A stretch of DNA of 64,000 nt. Source: Verrucomicrobiaceae bacterium. GTDB taxonomy: Bacteria; Verrucomicrobiota; Verrucomicrobiia; Verrucomicrobiales; Akkermansiaceae. The stretch's first letter is position 1. Every line of letters starts with the position of its first letter. The stretch is taken from assembly GCA_051252135.1 (NCBI GenBank), contig JBPOGH010000009.1, forward strand, positions 96,001 through 160,000, in the 5' to 3' direction. The notes below the pieces were generated by a model. The model was not told the DNA's origin. It saw only the letters and a program-made list of their open reading frames with translations, and ran no database searches. Shown here piece by piece: positions 57,722 through 64,000 of this stretch. A program made the translations under genes and the position numbers.

Positions 57722-57799
57722 ATGGGAAAGAAAGTTGAACGGGCGTTTTCTCGTAGCCTTGTTCACTTGAAACAAGTCGACCATCAATTTCCTTTCCAC

Positions 57800-59278
57800 A
57801 TGCTGCACTCTTCCCTTTTTCTAAAGGCTGCGGTCCTCGCCGCTCTCATCGGTCCTGTTTCGGCGGATTCCGGACGGCCCAACGTTCTCATGATCCTTGT
57901 CGATGACCTCAAGCCCGCCATCGGAGCTTATGGTGACAAGCACGCCATCACACCGCACCTCGACGCCCTTGCTGAAGCGGGCATGCGCTTTGATCTCGCC
58001 TACTGTAATCAAGCAGTCTGTGCCCCCTCCCGTTTTACCCTCATGCTTGGATCCCATTCGACATCCACGGGCCTCTATGGCCTCGGAAGCAAGCTCCGTG
58101 AAGCGCTCCCCGATGCCGTCACCCTTCCCCAGTACTTCGCCAAATATGGTGGTTATCGCACCGAGTCCCTCGGGAAAATTTTCCATATCGGTCATGGGAA
58201 CCATGGAGATCCCGATTCCTTCTCCGTTCCGCACTTCAAGGAAAAGGTAATCGAGTATCGCGATCCCGTCAGCAAGCCCGCCGGCCAACTCACTCGCGAA
58301 GAAGCCATGTTCCAGAACGTCAAGGCTCCTCATGGCGGCATGAATACGCTGCCACGTGGAGCCGCCTTCGAATCACCCGATGTCCCGGATGATGCCTATG
58401 CCGATGGCCGGATAGCCGCCGAAACCATCAGGCGTCTGAAAGCTGCCAAAGACCTCCGTGAAAAAGACGGGACCCCTTTCTTCATTGCCGCCGGATTTGC
58501 GCGCCCCCACCTCCCGTTCTCAGCTCCCAAGAAGTATTGGGTCCTCTATGACCCCGGTAAGCTCCCCCTTCCGGAAAACACCCAACTTCCCAAAGACTCC
58601 CCCGGCGTGGCCCACAAAAGGGGAGGGGAAATTCGGAATTACTTCCCCGTGCCGGATAAAAACGACCCCGCTCAAATCACCCCTGAGCTCGCTCGAAAGC
58701 TTATCCATGGTTACTACGCCAGCACCAGCTATGCCGATGCTCAGATCGGAAAAATCATGACCTCTCTCCACGAGCTCGGCCTTGCCGATCACACCATTGT
58801 TGTTCTCTGGGGAGACCACGGCTTTCATCTCGGCGACCTGGGCATCTGGACCAAGCACACCAACTACGAGCAAGCCAACCGGATCCCGCTCATCTTTGTT
58901 GCTCCCGGTGTTGCCCGGCCAAATACAAGCACCAAGCAACTCGCGGAAAGCGTCGATGTCTTTCCCACTCTCGCAGAACTTGCCGGTCTTCCCGCACCTG
59001 AAGGCCCGCAACCCATCGATGGTCTCAGCCTCGTTCCCGTCCTCCGCAATCCCGCCGCCCGCGTTCGCGACCACGCCTACCATATTTTCCCCAAGCGCAA
59101 GCTCGGCCGGGCCATTCGCACCGAGCGTTACCGCCTTGTTGAATGGGGAAACGAATACGAACTCTACGATTACCAAAGCGATCCCCACGAAACCCAAAGT
59201 CTGGCGACCCAAAAACCGCGAGTCGTCAAGGAGCTCAAAGCCATCCTTGCCCAATACCCCGCTCCTAAAACGCGGTAA
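57800..59278 (+). CDS. Formylglycine-dependent sulfatase (iduronate-2-sulfatase-like)
   Basis: RPNVLMILVDD, CAPSR (CxPxR), GKIFH, RPHLPF, WGDHGFHLG. Confidence 0.93.
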   Translation: MLHSSLFLKAAVLAALIGPVSADSGRPNVLMILVDDLKPAIGAYGDKHAITPHLDALAEAGMRFDLAYCNQAVCAPSRFTLMLGSHSTSTGLYGLGSKLREALPDAVTLPQYFAKYGGYRTESLGKIFHIGHGNHGDPDSFSVPHFKEKVIEYRDPVSKPAGQLTREEAMFQNVKAPHGGMNTLPRGAAFESPDVPDDAYADGRIAAETIRRLKAAKDLREKDGTPFFIAAGFARPHLPFSAPKKYWVLYDPGKLPLPENTQLPKDSPGVAHKRGGEIRNYFPVPDKNDPAQITPELARKLIHGYYASTSYADAQIGKIMTSLHELGLADHTIVVLWGDHGFHLGDLGIWTKHTNYEQANRIPLIFVAPGVARPNTSTKQLAESVDVFPTLAELAGLPAPEGPQPIDGLSLVPVLRNPAARVRDHAYHIFPKRKLGRAIRTERYRLVEWGNEYELYDYQSDPHETQSLATQKPRVVKELKAILAQYPAPKTR

Positions 59279-59364
59279 GTACTGCCGCCAGCAGCTCACC
59301 AGGGCATCGTTTCGAAAAGACCGGAGGGTGGCGGCTCACCTTTATTTCGAGTGACCGGGCTTCC

Positions 59365-60360
59365 TTAAATCCATCCCCGTTTCCGAAAAATAACCAACAG
59401 GGTCGTTGCGATGGTCGCCATTACGCCAATCAGAATAAAGTAGCCTCCCTTCGCGCCCAACTCCGGGATGTACTCAAAGTTCATCCCATAAATGCCTGCC
59501 AAAAATCCCAAGGGAACAAAGATCGCCGTGATGATCGTTAACACCTTCATGATTTGGTTGAGTCGATGCGAGGACAAGGACAGGTAGCCGTCGATGAGGT
59601 CGGACGCCAATTCATAATAGAGTTGGGTCAAACTACCCGCACGTTCCTGCTGTTCGTAAACATCATTCATTTCGTGCTTTTCCTCGGAGGTGAACCCCGG
59701 GAACCTTTTGCTCCGGAGATCCGCAAGGATCTGTTCGTGATAAATGAAAGTCCTGCGCAGTCTTTTCAGGTCCGTTTTATAACCGGTCAGCTCGGCCAGA
59801 ACGGCATCATCGGTGCGTGAGAGCAATTCCGCTTCGATGTTTTCAAGCTTGGGTTCCAGATTCAGCAGGATGGTGAGAAATCGATCGATGAACAACCTGA
59901 TGATCTTCAACGCCAGCGCGTCGGTTCCCAGCGCGAACCGGGCAGAGTCACCTTGCAGCTCGGTTCTCAAACGGTCGAGGCTGCGACTATTTCCTGACGT
60001 GCGGGTGATCAGGAAGCGCTCACTCACAAACATCGCCATTTGAATCAATGAAAAGTTGGAATCCTTGGAATCCCTTGAAAGCGGTTTAAAAAGCAAAAAG
60101 GTGTGACCTTTGAATTCCTCGATCTTGGGAGGATGGCGATCCCGGTTTGCATCCTGCAGTCCCAGCGGATGAAGCTGGAATCGGGACCGGAGCATCTCAA
60201 ATTCCGAATCACTGAAGGCCCCGTCGAAGTGAACCCATATTCTCGTATCCGGATCCCCCGACCACCGCTCGATCAGCTCTTCCGAACCCTCTTCAATGAC
60301 TGAGGACCTGGGATCAAAAAGCATGCATTTCATATCCTCATAATCTAAGCCTGTCTTCAT
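59365..60360 (-). CDS. corA: CorA family Mg2+/Co2+ transporter
   Basis: LHPL, PKIEEF, NQIMKVLT, GIYGMNF signature, two C-terminal TM helices. Start may be 60333. Confidence 0.92.
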   Translation of the reverse strand: MKTGLDYEDMKCMLFDPRSSVIEEGSEELIERWSGDPDTRIWVHFDGAFSDSEFEMLRSRFQLHPLGLQDANRDRHPPKIEEFKGHTFLLFKPLSRDSKDSNFSLIQMAMFVSERFLITRTSGNSRSLDRLRTELQGDSARFALGTDALALKIIRLFIDRFLTILLNLEPKLENIEAELLSRTDDAVLAELTGYKTDLKRLRRTFIYHEQILADLRSKRFPGFTSEEKHEMNDVYEQQERAGSLTQLYYELASDLIDGYLSLSSHRLNQIMKVLTIITAIFVPLGFLAGIYGMNFEYIPELGAKGGYFILIGVMATIATTLLVIFRKRGWI

Positions 60361-60582
60361 GATAGGCGATCTTTAAAAGACGCGAGATGTCGGGCATCCA
60401 CTCATGATCCTGATTTCACTTCTCTCGGATCCCCTCTCAGTCTTTTTCCTGCGAGTGGCGTGAATCTACACAAACTTGGCGGATGCCACCTAGCCGCGGC
60501 GGAAGCCTTAAGGGGATGATTTCGTGAGGCGCACGCGAACCGGGAAAAATAGAATCGTATCGTCTACACGCCGTTCGGTCCC

Positions 60583-61539
60583 ATGAAAATACTCGCTTTC
60601 TTCTTCTTCCTCACGCCGCTTGTCGCAAAGCCCACCCTTTGGATCATCGGTGACTCCACCGTGCGTAATAATACCGCCGGCCAGCAAGGCTGGGGCGACT
60701 CCCTGATAAAGGAATTTGACCCCGCGGAAATCACCGTCGTCAACCGGGCCATTGGAGGTCGTAGCAGCCGCAGCTTCATCACCGAAGGTCGCTGGGACGC
60801 CATTCTTACCAATCTGAAGGAGGGCGATTTCGTCCTCATGCAGTTCGGACATAACGATGGCGGAGAGAGATTCAACGGAGTCCGCCCTCGAGCCAGTATC
60901 AAAGGGACCGGCAACGAAACCGAAATCGGGATCGTCGAAACCACAGGGAAAGAGGTAACCGTTCACTCCTACGGCTGGTATATTCGAAAATACTGTCGGG
61001 ACACCCTCGCAAAAGGAGCCACTCCGATCGTTGCTTCCCTCATCCCCCGCAACATCAGGGGAGATGACGGAAAAATCGCACCCGATACCAAAAGCTACGC
61101 CGTTTGGGCTGAAGTCAGCGCCAAGCAAACCGGAGCTCACTTCATTCCCTTCAACAAGATCCTCGCGGGGGAATTCAACGCCCTCCCCAAAGGTGAGGTC
61201 GATGCCATCTTCTGTGGAACCGACCACACTCATACCAGCAGAAAAGGGGCCGCCTTCAACGCCCGCATACTCGCTTGGGAACTCCGCAAGCTCCCTGATT
61301 GCACAATAGGGGAACACCTCATCGCCTCCCTTTGGTTACCGCATCTCTTTTCCGATCATATGGTGCTCCAGCGAGATTGGACCTTTCGTGACTGGGGTCG
61401 CGTCCATGTCGGGTCTCAAGTTTCAGTTAGACTCGCCAATCAAACGCAATCCACCTCACCAAACACAGGAAGCTTCGTTATGACCAACGCCAGCAACAGC
61501 CAGAAGGGAAATAGCACAGAAGGTGCCCTTTACAATTGA
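60583..61539 (+). CDS. Rhamnogalacturonan acetylesterase-like SGNH esterase (CE12) with a truncated C-terminal sialate O-acetylesterase-like stub
   Basis: IGDSTV, GWG, NRAIGGRSSRSF, QFGHND, DHTH; then LPHLFSDHMVLQR. Confidence 0.85.
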   Translation: MKILAFFFFLTPLVAKPTLWIIGDSTVRNNTAGQQGWGDSLIKEFDPAEITVVNRAIGGRSSRSFITEGRWDAILTNLKEGDFVLMQFGHNDGGERFNGVRPRASIKGTGNETEIGIVETTGKEVTVHSYGWYIRKYCRDTLAKGATPIVASLIPRNIRGDDGKIAPDTKSYAVWAEVSAKQTGAHFIPFNKILAGEFNALPKGEVDAIFCGTDHTHTSRKGAAFNARILAWELRKLPDCTIGEHLIASLWLPHLFSDHMVLQRDWTFRDWGRVHVGSQVSVRLANQTQSTSPNTGSFVMTNASNSQKGNSTEGALYN

Positions 61540-61594
61540 CCGCCTTCGGTTTCCTCAAGCGCCGCCGGAATTAACTCTTCCTGCTCACCAAACT

Positions 61595-61630
61595 AAAAAG
61601 CCGTTCTTGTTTCACAAGTACGGCTTTTTT
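61595..61630. terminator. Bidirectional terminator between convergent genes
   Basis: AAAAAGCCGT-TCTTG..CAAGT-ACGGCTTTTTT. Confidence 0.75.
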
Positions 61631-61667
61631 AATGGATCGAAGAAAACATCCGGGGCTCGATCTAAAA

Positions 61668-63581
61668 CTAGAGGTCCCAAAGATAGGCCTCGAGCGCTGC
61701 GCGATCTTCTTTTGACAGCGCCTTGTAGGCCTCCACCGATCCTTCGGCCTCTCCGCCATGCCAAAGGATCGCCTCGGCGAGACTTCGGGCGCGTCCATCG
61801 TGAAGAAGCTGGATGACGTTCTTATTGGCCGCATCCTGCGTATCCCGATAGGTCACGTGAATATCGCCGGAGCGAAATCTTCCGACCTGATCATCGGCTG
61901 CATGGCGTTTGTTCTTCAGCGCCCAGAGCGGAGCCGTCCGCCATTTTCTTCCAAGAGGGGAGGGGTCTTTGTCCCTCAAGCCTTCACCCATATCATGCAA
62001 CAGCAGATCGGTGAAAGGGTGGATTGTCTGGTTGCTTAACTCGGGGAAGTTCGCCTTGCCGGTGCGCAAAGTTGGCACATGGCATTGCTGGCAGTTGAGA
62101 CTGAGAAAGACGCCCTCGCCACGCACCACATCAGGATGCCCGGGGTTCGTGCGTGGCGGCACACCCAGGAGAGAAACGTAAGCCTCAAGTTCGGCCAACG
62201 CGCTCGGCTCCAGCTCCTGAACGCCCATGTCCTCGCGGAGTGCACTTTGATTCTGGTCGCTTACCGTTGGCTGCTCCGCCTTCCATCCAAATCGACCGAA
62301 TTTTTCTCCAACGCGCCGGGGACTGCCCGTCGACACTTTGGCCAATTCGAGGATCGTTTCGTCGGACACAGCCTCGAGCAAGCCCGCACCGATGATTGCG
62401 GGTGGCGTGCGCGGAGAGATTGCGGTCGCAGGTTTTCCGTCGATGTGAAAAATGGGCTTCGAAAGCTCGACCACCGTTCCATCGGCCAATTTGACCTCAC
62501 GTGTCTCGTAGCGAGCGATGGTAAGAGTCCCTTCGCTGTTATCGCCATCGGTTTGCAGCTGGCTACCGTGTGGTGATGTGGGATCAGTAAGACGGAGAAG
62601 GGTGGTGTGGATGGGTTTTCCCAAAGCCGGCAAAAGAGCCCCCGCGTTGTGCACGTGGCAGCTGTTGCACGAAACCGTGTTGTAAGCGCTCCCGGCGAGG
62701 CCCTTCCGCGCAGCCTGCATCTCGTCGAAAAAAATCGAAGGCTTGTCGTCCGATGGGTCGCTTAGGTGCTTGCCGCTCACCATGTCGGTATGGAACCACG
62801 CCCGTCCGCTGAGGAAAGCTTGCGCGTTCTCTGGTTTGAGATTGAGAGCGTGCTGTTGCAGGGCGGCCCAAGGCTCGACCCGGACGGTGGGAATGGTGGT
62901 CCTCCCGCCCGCGTAGCGCTTCGGGGATGCGACTTCTTGAGGGGATTCGAAGTTGTCGATAAGAAGTCCGGGTTCGCCGATCTTGATTCGAAAGAACTCG
63001 GAGTAATAGGCAAAGAGGTTATGCGGGTTGTGCTTCTTTTGCTTGGCCCACCCGGGATGGGTCTCACTGTTAAAGAATCGGAATTCAAAAGTGAGCTGCT
63101 TACCAACGATAAGGTCCTCCGGATTCTGGTGAAAGGAGAGTAAGCCCAACTCTTGCTCGAAATGAGTGAAGCCATCCACGTGTTTCATCCGCGTGTTGAT
63201 CTTAAACTTGCTGCGCCCCGTTTCATCGCCCAGCGGGTCGCCTTTATAGACTGCCGAAAAATCGGTTCCGCGGGTGGGAATGTAGTCCTGCGGCCATTCG
63301 GTGCGCAGCGTGAAGACCAACTTCTTTTCACCCCGCGGAGTGTAGTCCTCCACCTTAAACCAAGCGCGCCGGCCCTCCCAGTAGAACGGATTGTATTTCG
63401 AGAAATCCATGTCGTTCTCATGCCGCCGCCGCACTCGAATCACCCCCTCGGTCACCGCAACCCCATCAACCATCCGCGCATTCACGCGCTCGCCAATCTC
63501 GTCGCCTGTGGCACCAGACGCCAATAAGGATAAACCCAGCGAAACCAGAAGAGCCGTAAGAATGTGCGCAGCAAAACCCAT
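61668..63581 (-). CDS. Di-heme oxidoreductase (DHOR) family protein
   Basis: SCNSCH and CQQCH; GAGLLEAV, GRFGWKA, PFTDLLLHDMG, WRTAPLW, LLHDGRARSLAEAILWHGGE. Confidence 0.9.
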   Translation of the reverse strand: MGFAAHILTALLVSLGLSLLASGATGDEIGERVNARMVDGVAVTEGVIRVRRRHENDMDFSKYNPFYWEGRRAWFKVEDYTPRGEKKLVFTLRTEWPQDYIPTRGTDFSAVYKGDPLGDETGRSKFKINTRMKHVDGFTHFEQELGLLSFHQNPEDLIVGKQLTFEFRFFNSETHPGWAKQKKHNPHNLFAYYSEFFRIKIGEPGLLIDNFESPQEVASPKRYAGGRTTIPTVRVEPWAALQQHALNLKPENAQAFLSGRAWFHTDMVSGKHLSDPSDDKPSIFFDEMQAARKGLAGSAYNTVSCNSCHVHNAGALLPALGKPIHTTLLRLTDPTSPHGSQLQTDGDNSEGTLTIARYETREVKLADGTVVELSKPIFHIDGKPATAISPRTPPAIIGAGLLEAVSDETILELAKVSTGSPRRVGEKFGRFGWKAEQPTVSDQNQSALREDMGVQELEPSALAELEAYVSLLGVPPRTNPGHPDVVRGEGVFLSLNCQQCHVPTLRTGKANFPELSNQTIHPFTDLLLHDMGEGLRDKDPSPLGRKWRTAPLWALKNKRHAADDQVGRFRSGDIHVTYRDTQDAANKNVIQLLHDGRARSLAEAILWHGGEAEGSVEAYKALSKEDRAALEAYLWDL

Positions 63582-63663
63582 TGCATTAAATTGCAGTTCC
63601 GTGACGACTTTTGCAACCCCAGAGTGGGGGAGTCGTAGCACCGAAGAGGTGATCGCCCCATCC

Positions 63664-64000
63664 TCACTCCATCAGCTCCTCCAGCGGAAACCTCAGAAAG
63701 AACAACTCGGTCTCTCCCTCGTAAAGCACCCCCACGTGATCCTCTCCAATCGGAGCCAGACACGAATACCCGTTCCCCGATCGCGCATCATAAAGCGTGT
63801 GCCATTTCTCCGGCCAAGTCATCCCGTCGTCTTCCGAAATCTTAATCGTCAGATGGTAGCGCCCCCTCCGCGTGTTCGGATTCGAAAAGATCAATCGATC
63901 TCCCATCCGCAGCAAGCTCGCCATGCACACCGGCTCATCCAGCGCCTTCCGATCCGTCGCGTGCATCGTCCAGGTTTCCCCAAAATCCTTCGTCACCCCA
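63664..64000 (-). CDS. Sialidase (GH33, Asp-box) C-terminal part; 5' end off window
   Basis: TKDFGETW and SEDDGMTW Asp-boxes; EPVCMASL; GYSCL...GVLYE. Confidence 0.85.
   Translation of the reverse strand, partial: GVTKDFGETWTMHATDRKALDEPVCMASLLRMGDRLIFSNPNTRRGRYHLTIKISEDDGMTWPEKWHTLYDARSGNGYSCLAPIGEDHVGVLYEGETELFFLRFPLEELME

Overview
64-kb window of a high-GC bacterial chromosome, very likely Verrucomicrobiota (Akkermansiaceae/Verrucomicrobiaceae-like; inferred from four PEP-CTERM genes, DUF6797/PVC-type beta-propeller redox proteins, LTD-CotH proteins and a sulfatase). It is dominated by large secreted or surface proteins, plus rlmN (partial), a GH3 beta-glucosidase, selB with an adjacent IF-1 paralogue, an RRM protein, a DUF1611/racemase operon, CorA, a CE12 esterase, a DHOR protein and a partial sialidase. 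I found no CRISPR, rRNA, tRNA, transposase or integrase. The most interesting signals are non-coding. (i) A family of ~200-bp TACCA...TGGTA structured MITE-like elements has compensatory stem changes and TNA targets, disrupts two reading frames, and shares a core with a second GAGG-ended element. (ii) A low-GC PEP-CTERM gene is bracketed by ~100-bp inverted arms inside a 43-47 kb insertion hotspot. (iii) A riboswitch-like, SD-sequestering leader precedes the DUF1611/racemase operon, whose racemase appears to start at ATC. Among the proteins: a dockerin-like/cohesin-like adjacent gene pair, a shared C-terminal 'F-x-R' sorting-like domain, and one novel domain reused four times with two different anchors. 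All family assignments come from motif recognition by eye; no database searches were run.
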